A stretch of DNA of 64,000 nt from Selaginella moellendorffii. Its lineage: Eukaryota; Plantae; Lycopodiophyta. Shown here in pieces: positions 23,892 through 34,908 of this stretch; the first letter of the stretch is position 1, and each line of letters opens with the position of its first letter. Position numbers and translations under genes: made by a program. Location of the stretch: positions 62,001 through 126,000 of the forward strand of contig NW_003314430.1 of assembly GCF_000143415.4 (NCBI RefSeq), read 5' to 3'. A model generated the notes under the pieces. The model was not told the DNA's origin, searched no databases, and worked only from the letters and a program-made list of their open reading frames with translations.

Positions 23892-25363
23892 AAAGAATAA
23901 ATTAAAATATACAAATTTTAAATGCTGCATATTAAAGATCTAAAGCCCATTTGAAACATTAGATTTGGGCTTAAACATGAATGACTTTAGATCGATTGAC
24001 CGTACACAGAAAGGCTAATCCTTCGAGGCTAAGCTCGAAGAATTCATGATATGAATCGTGAAGTGGATTTAAGAGCCATTCTCGTTTAAATTTCTAGGCA
24101 AAGAAGAGCTTCACCACAATGCAATTGCTCTGTGCGTAAGGATTTGACATTCTTTTCTTCGCGTTTCAGGTCACAAAAACACTGAGCTGAAAGTGTATGG
24201 AGGTGAATACTACAGGTTTGTGATTGCCTTCTCTTGCTCTGGCTAGAACTCACGTTCTACCGATACAACATCGAATGGAAGCTCCTCCGAAGAGGCTAAG
24301 CTATATGCCTTCAATTTCGTTTTTACTTCGTTTCTCGACTAACAAAAGATCTCTTGAGACTAGATTTTAAATCAAAATGTAAGATAAGATGGATATAAGA
24401 TGGATGAACACAGGCTCTTTTGTTCTATTTTCTGGACCTTATTACACGCTGAAGGTTGGCTGTTTGTAGACATCTGTAATAACCTGGTTAAACATTTGTA
24501 TGTTTGCCGTCGCGAGTGGAGTTCCAAAAAACTACCTCATGGTGATCATTGTGGGAGCAGCAGTCCAGGCCATTGTGCTGCTTATTCTACACCATTAAAA
24601 AGTTCGCCCACTTCGTCCAAAACGTTCTATGGTTGTAGAATTAGTGAAAACATAAAGAAAAGCGCATGAAAATGTTACAGTAAAGGCACCCCTTGACCTC
24701 ACCAATGGAAGAAAATAAGTAAGCATTTCGGTAAGGGGAGAGGGAGAATCTGTAATGTAAACTCTAGGCGAGACGCAAAGCACGAAGAACACTGAGAAAG
24801 TTCTCCCACTTAAGGAGATCGCCTGCCCTAGCTAAATCAAAGAGAGAAGAACTCAGATTCGCCTTTTCTCAGCCAAATCGTCGCAAGCTCTCAGTGGTGT
24901 CAACGTATCGGCTATCGCTTGATGCGAAGACCACGATCATCAAACTCACAAGACTTGGATTGCGCTGATTTTTTGTCGAATCATCACCGTTCCTGGGCAA
25001 GAACAAGGGCACTTCCACGGGGGAGAAAACCAAACTCGCTCCTGCCCATACCTCCTCGCCATCGAAATCATCTTTGCTGCGAGATCGCGTCACAAAAAAG
25101 GCAAGACAGGAGGTACCAATCGATCATCCCACGCCGCAAGAACAGGGCATCAGACTTAAACTAATGAGCGTAGAGGAGCCCTACCAGGGACGGCCGAGAT
25201 TAAATCACTGATCCAACGGGCACGATCTCTTATGTCGTTTAGCCCAGATTAACAAAGTTGAGAAGGTTTACCAGCAACACAGTCAATGGCGCTGACTGGA
25301 AATTGAAATTTGACTGCCCAGTCAAATAAATAGTGTGCGAGGATCCGGAGCGTGATCACGAAA

Positions 25364-26047
25364 ATGGCTCATGGAAATCTCTCCTCGCTGCCGCCACTGC
25401 TGCTTATTCTCATTTCTTCCTTGGTGATCTTCTCATCCCGCGCTGCCGATCCCGATCCAGCGCAGGATTATTGCGTCGCAAACGTCGAGCTCCCGCTGCG
25501 AGTGAATGGCTTCACTTGCAAGCCCGAGGTCACTCCGCTCGATTTCGTCTCCTATCTCCTGCGAGAGCCCCCGAATCCCACCGCCCTGGAGAACAATCGA
25601 CTGGGTTCCATCGTCACGCAGGTGAACGTCCAGAGTTTCCCGGGGCTCCACACCCAGGGCCTCTCGATCCAACGCTTCACGTACGCCCCCGGCGGCGTGA
25701 TTCCTCCCCACGTCCATCCCCGGTCCTCGGAGCTGCTCTACGTCCTCCAGGGAACGGTCGTGGCGGGGTTTGTGACCACGGACAACCGGCTGTTCCAGGC
25801 GACGCTGGAGCCCGGCGACCTCTTCATCTATCCCAGAGCTCTCATCCACTTCTCGGTGAACACGGGCGAGACGCCGGCGCTGGCGATCGCGAGCTTCAAC
25901 AGCGCCAATCCGGGCACGGCGCTGCTGCCCAACGCGCTCTTCGCGTCCGTGCCCGTGCTCCCGGCCGCGGTGCTCGCCAAGACGTTTGCGTTGAGCCAGA
26001 GGGTCATGGAGAGCTTACGGCTCGCATTGAGGAGCATTCTAACCTAG
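25364..26047 (+). CDS. Germin-like protein (cupin)
   Basis: Signal peptide, DPDPAQDYCVA, NGFTCK, FPGLHTQGLS, PPHVHPRSSE, PRALIHF, FNSANPG. Confidence 0.95.
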   Translation: MAHGNLSSLPPLLLILISSLVIFSSRAADPDPAQDYCVANVELPLRVNGFTCKPEVTPLDFVSYLLREPPNPTALENNRLGSIVTQVNVQSFPGLHTQGLSIQRFTYAPGGVIPPHVHPRSSELLYVLQGTVVAGFVTTDNRLFQATLEPGDLFIYPRALIHFSVNTGETPALAIASFNSANPGTALLPNALFASVPVLPAAVLAKTFALSQRVMESLRLALRSILT

Positions 26048-26229
26048 CTAGTAGCAGTAGCAGTAGTGATCTATCGATTCTCTGTCGCGATTATCTACAT
26101 CGATCGATCGATCCATTCGTGCTTTGAATTTAAATTTGAAAGGTCTTTTCCTAATAGAATACCCTTGGGTTTGGAAAAGGCTGGCGGATAGGTCGCGCTT
26201 CTTCGAAAGATGCCAATGTTTTGTCTCGC

Positions 26230-28265
26230 AGGGAAATCAGTGTGATCAGGGAATATCTATCCTCATCAGAGGACGTCAAAGATGACATAGTCCACATCGA
26301 AATGACGAACAACGAGGGAGCGCTGAAGGGCACTGTTCAAGTCAGTCGCTGACAAGGCGTTTGAGGTGCTTGAGGCGGCAAGGACGCGTGAGCGTGAGCG
26401 TGAGGCGGAGGCGGCAGCAATAATCAGTAAGTTCCTCTTCTTGCTCGTGTATTTCGGTCTCATGTCGATTCTTCCGCGTGAGCAAAGCTCGTACTTGGAC
26501 TTGGAAAATGCGCATCAGAATGATGGGAGGATTGTGACAGTCCAGCACGCCATCTCTGGGAGCACGAAGCGATACTCAGTGATGCTGAAGTCGGGCCGGT
26601 TGCTGCAAGGAACGTCCGAAAGCTCCTCACGAACCTACGGGCCGACATCGAGCGCCACGCTAACTGCTGGCAAATCCGTCAGTGCGTTCGGGAGCCGGAT
26701 GACTCCTGCAATGATCTCGTCTACCAGGATGCAGCACGACTGGTAGTCGGCCACTGTACCACGCAAAATGTTGACATGCACAACTTCACAAAGTGCTGCC
26801 GGTTCCAAAGGAACAGACTAGCAAGATCAGCGGCAGGCGACAGCACCTTACCTGACTTCGCTATTGGCATCGTCCAGCCGGCCATGGTGGTATCGACTAA
26901 TGCTTACGAGTGGTGCGACATCTACGTGGAGTTCAAAAACGACGAATCCAAGCTTGCTGAGGGGTGTGGCCAGGTTCTGGATAGGGCAGAGAAGCGCTGG
27001 AAAGATGCTTGCGCCAAGAAGAAGGTGGCGTTGGGTGGTGTGTCTACAGGCAAAGATCTATTACCTATGGTCGTATTCACAGATGCAATTGTCGGCTCTC
27101 ATGTTGTCAAAGGTGTCAGGTGGAGCTTGGAAAGTGATGGAGCCGCAGGTGTGACACCAGGAGTGGTGCATGTGGATAGTTTGGCGCTGCCGGAGCTCCT
27201 CTTCCAGATCTTCTGTGCCTTGCACTTTTCCAGCAGATGTTTCACCATGAAACCAGGAGCTGGCATTCCAAAGCTGGAGCCTTCCCACTCATACAAGGAG
27301 AAGTATGTCGTGCGGTCTGATTCAGGCGAGATATGGGAGCTAGAGCTCGTCCACACGTACATGGACTTCCTCTTCCGCGGGGGCTGCTATTTGGTTCGGT
27401 TGGATGGCAGCAAGCAGCAAGTGGTGCTCAAGCGAGGCCCATGCAGTCGGTCAAGTGTGCAGCTGAAGGATTTGGTCTTCCAATTGAGCTCTTCAGCCAG
27501 GTTGAGAATGAGATCCGCGTTCGGGAGGTTCTGGCTGCCAGTGGATGCAAGATCAGGATCCCCGAGATTCTGTAGTCAGGCACGGCTTTACAGCCGTTTG
27601 GCTGGAGAAACTGCCCGATCGTGCTCATGAATTACGTTGGTGAATCGCTACACAGCAAGACGCTTCCTATCCGGGACGCCGCCAAGATGGGAGCTAGCCT
27701 GCCAATCCCAAAGTCGAGAAGGTGGAGCCGCTCCAAACCAACTCCTTGCTCGCGGTAAGCAACGTTCCTGGAGCTGATGTCTCTATGGATTATCTCCCGC
27801 TTGTGCAGATCCAGCACCGTCTCCACCGTGATTTCCTCGGACAATGGTGGTAGCGTGGGAAGCAGCTCTGTCAAGGACCTGGAGTTTGGCTCCATGAACT
27901 CGGTGTTGGGCAACAGCGTTGACGCTTCAGCGGATCTGGAGGGCATTCTGTATACGATGGTAAAGGTGGCCGGGATGGATCTGCCGTGGTCGACTGCTGC
28001 GCAGGAGGAGGACGAGGACTTGGTGGTTACCATCCGGCGCCAGGTGTTGGACCAGGGCTTCCTTGCGAAGCTCAAGGAGCCCCTCTTCAATCAGTTGCAA
28101 CAGGCAGTGTTCAACGTCCGCCCTGATGTTCCTTCACCATATGATCATTTCCATTGTCTAGCCTCTAAATCTCCCGGCTCGCCCCTGCTCGCCAAGACGT
28201 TTGCATCGAGGCAGAGGGTCATGGAGAGCTTGCTGCTTGCATTGAGGAGCATTCTAGTAGAGTAG
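26230..28265 (+). pseudogene. Crinkler(CR)-like REase + protein kinase gene with a premature stop and internal inversion; 3' end fused to a duplicated germin tail
   Basis: PDFAI..DIYVEFK..GCGQV (REase); VVLKRG|VENEIRV; TAG at 27573-27575; HRDISSRN..LLDFG on the minus strand within 27702-27826; DLEGILYTM..LPW on plus. Confidence 0.75.
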
Positions 28266-28317
28266 TGACCAATCGATCCTATCCATTCATGATGCTGTTT
28301 GAATTTAAATTTGAAAG
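28171..28317 (+). repeat. Direct duplicate of the germin 3' end and UTR (25958-26142)
   Basis: tgctcgccaagacgtttgc..cagagggtcatggagagctt..gcattgaggagcattcta..tttgaatttaaatttgaaag present in both. Confidence 0.92.
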
Positions 28318-28545
28318 AACTTTCAACGACTATAGAGAGGAATTAGGGTTCTTGCAATGTCGCAGCTAGAACGACTGTGTCTTTGGCGATGGCGGGCCTT
28401 GGATCGCTCTTTTCAACATCTAGAAGCTGGTGAGGAAGATTCATCGTCGCAGCGCAAATGAATCCCACGCAACAAGCTCGTGAGCGGCCGGCCCTCGCCA
28501 TCATCTTTCTGTGCTCGCCCCAAATTTCGTCGCGGCGAGCTCGAG

Positions 28546-29825
28546 ATGGAAGATCGATCGAGAAATGGGGTGGAGCAGCCGGTGATCGGGCAGGATAGCA
28601 ACAGGAAGCTCCGGATCTTGAGCATCGATGGCGGTGGAATGAGAGGAATCATCCCAGCCCATATGCTGGCCTACTTGGAAACGGCTCTCAAGGAGAAGAG
28701 CCACAATCCAGACGCTCGCATCGCCGATTTCTTCGATCTGGCGGCTGGAACCAGCGTTGGGGGACTCATTGCCGTGATGCTCTTCGCATCATCCGACTGC
28801 CGCGATGATCAAGACGAAGAAATCTCCTCCTCCTCCTCATCGTCCACGGGAGATCATCAAAACCACGGTTCTAAGTCACTACGTCGGCCTCTCTTCACGG
28901 CCGCAGAGGTTTGCACGTTCATCTCGGACAGAGGCAAGGAGATTTTCAAGATCCCATACCCGCAGCGAGTGTTTGCAAAGGTCCGAGGGATCATGACACC
29001 CAGGTACTCCACCAAGTTCTTCGAGAGAATCCTCAAGCAGCACTTGGTCCGAGGTGGTGGCGATGGCAGAGATCTCACACTGGATGACACGCTCAAGCCC
29101 ATCGTCATTCCCTGCTACGATCTCACAAACGCCAGCGCCTTTTGCTTCTCGCGAATCTCCGCCAACTTCAAGCTCTGGGAGGTTTGCCGGGCTACCACGG
29201 CGGTTCCATCGTTCTTCAAGCCCATCCACGTCTCGTCCGTGGATGGAAAGCACGAGTTCACGGCAGTCGACGGTGGCCTGGTGGTGAACAATCCCACCGC
29301 CGCGGCGATCACGCATGCTTTGCACGACAAGGCTCGCTTCCCGGGTGTCCGAGGGGTGGAAGACATGCTCGTTCTATCGCTCGGCACCGGACAGTTTGAT
29401 CAAACTTACCGCTACAACAAAGTGGAGCGGTGGGGAGCTTTCCAGTGGGCCAAACCCATTGCCAAGATCATCATGGACGGAATCTCGGACATGGTGGATC
29501 ACACGGTCAGCATGGCGTTTAGCAAGCACCGAGAGAATTACGTGAGGATTCAGGTGGGTTATCTATCGTTGAGAGTTTGCTTTGACGAACGACTAAAGTT
29601 TGTTTGCTTTGCTTCCAGATGTCTGGCTTGCCGGGCAAAGCTCTCCTCGCAATGGACGATCCAAGCCAGGCCAACGTGAAGACACTAACCGAGATTTCTA
29701 CTCGGCTCTTGGACCAAAAGAGCTCGGAACACATCCCGTTTAACGGGCGAAGAGTTTTGGAAGAGAGTAATAGACAGAAGCTGGACTGGTTTGCCGAGCA
29801 ACTCGTGGCAAACACTCCATCGTGA
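28546..29825 (+). CDS. Patatin-like phospholipase A (pPLAIII-like), 2 exons
   Basis: ILSIDGGGMRG, ARIADFFDLAAGTSVGG, AVDGGLVVNNPT, LSLGTG, DGISDMVDH, NYVRIQ, KLDWFAEQLV. Confidence 0.92.
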
Positions 29826-29894
29826 TCGATTGAATATAGTTTCTTATATACAGGATCTTTCATATGCACAACGATGAGAAGCTTTTTACACAAT

Positions 29895-31864
29895 CTACAG
29901 GGCTTGGGCGGTACTCGAGCATGCCTCCGCGCTAGCAGCAGCCATGCGAGGTACGTCCACTCCTTCGTTGCAAAGATTTGCAAACGCTCTCATGTGTTTC
30001 ATGCCATACTGTCCCAGCAAACCACAGCTCGTCTCGAAAGCTTGCACCTACAAAGTCACATCATAGAGAGAAGATCATCGAAAAGATCACACAAAGTTCT
30101 CGAAGAACACTTGCCAGCGATTTCAGGCACGTCCAATCGTCCACGAGCGCGAGGCCGGAGCCCCGGACGGTGCTTAGAACTTTGGATGCCGCAGCCTTGG
30201 AGCCAAACAGACGCTCGCCAACTTGGTCCACGCTCTCGTCGACGTGCTGTCTGTGAGCCAAGGCGTTCATCATCCTCTCGCGAGCTTCTCGTTTGGCACT
30301 TCCATCCTTGGCTCGGCGATACTACACTCGACGAAACGATGCAATCATCGATCTAGAAAAGAAAAGTTCTTCTCTTCGTACCTTGCTCCACAGGTGTAGC
30401 AAATCCGCATCACGCTGGCTAACACCATTGGCACTGCTCGGGATGATCAAGTCGCCATTGCCATCCGCGATTGCGGGATCAAAGCCCAAGAACATGGAAA
30501 GCGGGTTAGAGTTGAGCTCCACGTCGCCGTATTGCATTACGTGTGATCCGGCCTCGTAAGTGTTGTGATTCGAGGTTCTATCTTTCACCTGCAAGATCGA
30601 AGTAAATACCAAGAGATCCCGATCGATTCAGCAAACTCACGTCTAGATACTGTTGAAGTAGCGTCTCCCTCTTGAGATTGTGAACTTCGCTGTTTGGAAG
30701 AGAGATCTCGTAAGCTCAAACGTCAAGAAAACTTAGAACTTTAGAAGAACCTGTCCTCCATCCAAGCGACGCTGTAGAGATCTCCCAAGCAAGTATCATA
30801 CTCGGGAGGAGCCGAGGGTAGCATTCCAGGGCAGTAAGTTCCCCAGCTGCTCTCGATCGCGTTGGAAGCGGTGGTAACGTAGAGATCCAGTCCCAGTGGA
30901 AGCAATCCCTCGACCATGCTGCCACTCTCGCAAGCCTCGATATATATCACCTAAAGTTGGCAGCTCGAGTAGTAGCATCTTCTTTAGCTCACGACGAACA
31001 AAGAAAGAACAAAGATGAAAAGATCTTTACCATTTCTCTGTAGCCTCCGGATGCGTGCTTCTTCTTGATGACGTCGATGAGATCATTTGCGTAGAGATTC
31101 GACTCTCCGGGCATTCCTGTCAAGCACGACAAGCTAAGTTGTTTGTCTTTCTCGAGTCTAGAACAAAGAAGGAATCACCGAGAACTCCAGGGCCTCCGTG
31201 ATCCGAGTAGAAGAGAAAGACATGATCTTCCGGCCCGCTGCTCACGACTTTGCCAGTTCCGCCGCTGGTGGAATTCTTGTCCCCGAGAAGAACAGCCAGG
31301 AAATTCTCGGCGGTCACGGCAGCGCCCGTGTAATCCTGGCCACAGAACAATCAATCAATAACGTAACTTCCAAGAAATCCGCGAACAAGTCAAAACTCCT
31401 TCACCTTTGGAACTCCGGCATAAACGTCGGATCCTTGGGGATGATTGATGATCGTTCCCGGGCGAGGATTGTCCGTGTTGTTGGCTATGTCGTCGAACAT
31501 CATCACCACAATGTTTTCCTCCTTGAGACCATTGCTGCGCAGCAACTGGTATGCATGGCAAACATCCGCCTAGAGGAAAGCGCAGTTTGGAAGCAAACAA
31601 GAGCAAACGAAGAACTTAGAACAAGAAGGAAGCGAAGAACATAGAGAAAGAAAGCGATGGAAAGACTCCTCTCACCTGGTGCCTGTAGTTGCCAAACCCG
31701 GAAGATCCAGCAACTAGCAGCGCCCACCTCGTCCCGGACGCAACGTCCTCGCTCGAGGGCATGCGAATTGGATTGTGGGCTGCGAAAAAGTCCAGTGGCC
31801 TGGCCACCGCCACCGCCACCGCCACCATCGCTAGAACCAGCCACAGGAAGAATCCCACTCCCAT
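29895..31864 (-). CDS. VPE: Vacuolar processing enzyme / legumain (peptidase C13), multi-exon
   Basis: [75 protein letters not shown]. Confidence 0.95.
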
Positions 31865-31985
31865 GACGACGATCTCTCTCGAGAAAGAAAGAAAGAAAGA
31901 AAACCGAAGGGTTACGAGAGAGCTTGAGTCTCTCTCTCTCCCTTTATCGTGAACAGTAAGAGAGCCCACCTAGACTCCCAAAACT

Positions 31986-32540
31986 CTAGCCAAGACTGTC
32001 GAGGAATCCATCCACGTCGGCCTTGATGGTGCTTAGATCCGCCTCGGCGCTCAAGCTCAGCTTGCCATCGCTCACGCTCACCAGCACCTTGGCCTGGAAC
32101 GCGTTGGCGTAGGCATTGGGATTGCAAAACAGCTCGAATCCCACCTCCTCGCCGCCATCGCCACCATCGCCACCATCGCCAGCGCGGTATGCAAACTCGA
32201 CGCTCTTGAGCCTCTTGGGCCGCCCTCCTTCCTCGTGCGCCTGCTGCTTCTCCCGGAACGTCTGGATCAGTCCTTCCATCGTCCCGCTCAGCGCTCGCGC
32301 CTTGTCCATCGACATCGGCATTGTGATGGACGTCTCGCCAACGTGAAGCGTCAAGCTCTTGGACGCGATCGTCGTCGTCCCCGCGGCTACCAAAACACAC
32401 TAAAAATCCCACCTTTGCCTCGAATTCGACATCTCACCTGCGCTGGGATTGCCGTTGGAGCTCGAGCAAGCGATCGGCAATGCGGTGTGCCTGTGTGACA
32501 AGAACACTCTCGGAAGAGCAACCATGCCCGCCATAGCCAT
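31986..32540 (-). CDS. Small putative plastid protein of unknown function (2 exons)
   Basis: Transit-like exon 1 MAMAGMVALPRVFLS.., intron ~32391-32437, core ELFCNPNAYANAFQAKVLVSVSDGKLSLSAEADL. Confidence 0.7.
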
Positions 32541-32604
32541 TGTTCTTCCGGACCACAAAAACTAACAAAACCCTCGATCTTCTTCCTCTCTATCTTAGCT
32601 CCAA

Positions 32605-32976
32605 ATGGCGGCAGCGATCAAATGGGACGATGGCTTCCCCAAGCTGGATCTCGACTCGTTTAGCTCCAAGAGGAAGCGATCGCTCAAGAGATCCTCCAAG
32701 AACAACTGGCTCCAAAGATCGCTGCAGTGGATCGAGGAGAGGAACCTGGGGCCGGGCGGCGGCGCTGGGATCGGGTGTGGAGTAGGGCTGGGATTGGGCG
32801 TGACGGGATCGCTAGGACTGGGCGCTGGATCCTGGAACGACCTCCGTGTCATCTTCGGAGTAGGCGCCGGGTGTGGCGTTGGAATCGGGTATGGAATCGG
32901 GCATGGGCTTGGCTTTCTCTGGGATAGGCCACCGGGACCATCGCCACCACCACCAAAACGAAATTTTGTCTCGTGA
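32605..32976 (+). CDS. Glycine-rich small membrane protein (TGD5-like Gly-rich family)
   Basis: GPGGGAGIGCGVGLGLG..FGVGAGCGVGIGYGIGHG. Confidence 0.75.
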   Translation: MAAAIKWDDGFPKLDLDSFSSKRKRSLKRSSKNNWLQRSLQWIEERNLGPGGGAGIGCGVGLGLGVTGSLGLGAGSWNDLRVIFGVGAGCGVGIGYGIGHGLGFLWDRPPGPSPPPPKRNFVS

Positions 32977-33051
32977 TTCTTCTTCCTCCCAAGAACAAGA
33001 ATAAGATCTCTTACGTTCGATTTCCATAGCTAAAGCTAGAAGATAGAATCG

Positions 33052-33185
33052 CTCCATAGCTACGTAGAAGAAAGCTACCTAGAAGATAGACTACGTAGAA
33101 GAAATCTAAGAATCTCCATAGCTACGTAGAAGAAAGCTACCTAGAAGATAGACTACGTAGAAGAAATCTAAGAAGCTCCATAGCT
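33052..33185. repeat. 62-bp tandem duplication between convergent 3' ends
   Basis: ctccatagctacgtagaagaaagctacctagaagatagactacgtagaagaaatctaagaa x2 plus a partial copy. Confidence 0.9.
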
Positions 33186-33277
33186 CATATGAATATGGAC
33201 CAAGGTCTCCAAGTATATACAAACCGGGTAAAAATCCCATCTTGCTCGATCTTCCTCCATTTCATCTGTCGCGAGCT

Positions 33278-34501
33278 TCACGATCTTGCCGGGCATGGCC
33301 GGAGGATCGCCCCCATGTCCGTCTTGTACGCCTGGCGGCACCCCGGGCATCGCCCATCATCCGACGCGATCCGGTGGTGGCAAAACAAGCACAGCCGGAA
33401 GCCACACGCGCAAGGCTGGAACGAGGAATCGGTGCTGTCCAGCTCCTCCGTGCAAATCGGGCAGCACGCCGGCCCCGCGCTCGCGGCCGCCGCCGCTACC
33501 GATCTCGCGAAGAAATCCCTGTGCCTGTTCGTCACCCACGCCGCTGGCGGCCGCGGCGGTGGCGACGGTACTCGTCGCTCCACTCCAGTCGGCCTGGGAA
33601 GCAGCGGCGGTAGCGAGCTCGGGGTGATGATCCTGGGAAGGCTGGCCGGACGGAACGTATCCTCAACCTTCCAAGCTGCGACGGCGGCTGGCGGAGAGTT
33701 CCTGGCGTCCTGGTGGCGGATCATCCTGTCGTCCCTGTGCCTGTTCACCACCATCGCCACCTTTTCCTTCTCGGCCGGATCCTTGTTGAGATTCATCTGG
33801 GAGTCGAGAGCGTCGGCCGCGGCCTCCCAATCCTCCTCCTCCTCCTCCTCTCCCCCATCCTTTCCTTTCTCTCCACCGAGAACTTTGTCACAGTCCCCGG
33901 AAGCTTTGTTCTTGCTCTTGCTCTTGCCTTTCCTGCCAGATCTTCTCTTCCCTCCCTTGCTGCTCATGTCGGGAGGATCCAACACCACGCCCCTCTGACT
34001 AGAGCAAGAAATGGATGATTTACTTACACTCGAGTTAAAATTACAGGAGAGGAGGTCGAGCGGCCCACCGTCGCACAGATCGTCGTGGTTGATCACGCAC
34101 GACTCGGCGTCACTGTCGCCTCCGGTGCTCGATCCGTGGAGGTGCTGCTCCTCGCCCAACTTGGGCGATGGGCTCTCAAGCACGGAATTCGGAGACAAGC
34201 TCGCCACAAGCTTCCCTACACAGAAAAAAAAGGGGGAAAAACCATTCACTCCATCCATCCATCGCGGGCGAGAAAGGAAGAAAAAGTCTGTGTCGCCTAC
34301 CTTGAGAGAGCCATTGCTCGCGCCGGGCATCCAGCTTGAACTGCTTGAGCTTGGCGTTCCTGTTCACCTGCGCAGGGAAGGAAGGAGACCATGAATTAGG
34401 GTTTAGAGGAAACCGTGGGAGCGCTGCCAAATCCTTACCCTCTTTCGCTTGCTGGCGTCGCGGGCGAGGAGCGATTCCAAGGGGAGCTGGCTCGCGTCCA
34501 T
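33278..34501 (-). CDS. NOT4-type C4C4 RING-finger protein (3 exons)
   Basis: NRNAKLKQFKLDARREQWLSQ, DWEAAADAL, CPICTEELDSTDSSFQPCACGFRLCLFCHHRI..DGRCPGCRQAY. Confidence 0.9.
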
Positions 34502-34908
34502 GGCGATGGCGATGGAGCTGGAAGAAGAGATTTTCGCGATTTTGTTGGAAAGAGAGAAAGGGTAGGAAGGAAGAAGGAGATATCAAATAGTATAACGAAA
34601 AAGCACGGCCGCGGCGGCGAAGAGCCCACTGATGATTTAACGGAGGAGGAAGACGACACGCCAAACCGGATTGGACGGCCAGGATTGCTTCCGTTTGACC
34701 GAAGCAAGCTCCGAGCCGACGAAGCATTCTCTGACACGTGGCATCATCGTATATGTTCTTTTTCTTGGCGAGTTGGGTGTTCTATACCTGACAGGGGAAG
34801 AAATTAGATTAACGGATATAAAAGAAAGTGCCGTTACTCGCAGGAAAGTCAATACAGGAATATACCTCCTTCACTGGAACTTGAAATTAGGGCTCTAGCG
34901 CAGCAGGC

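Noticed and set aside
18600-25330. Flanking host-gene duplication around the CR-NTPase segment
   Set aside because: None found by eye, so the long-duplication pattern is supported for only two of the three CR genes
33052-33185. Repeats here and at 55120-55300 or 23806-23891 as CRISPR-like arrays
   Set aside because: No unique spacers of regular length, eukaryotic context, no cas genes
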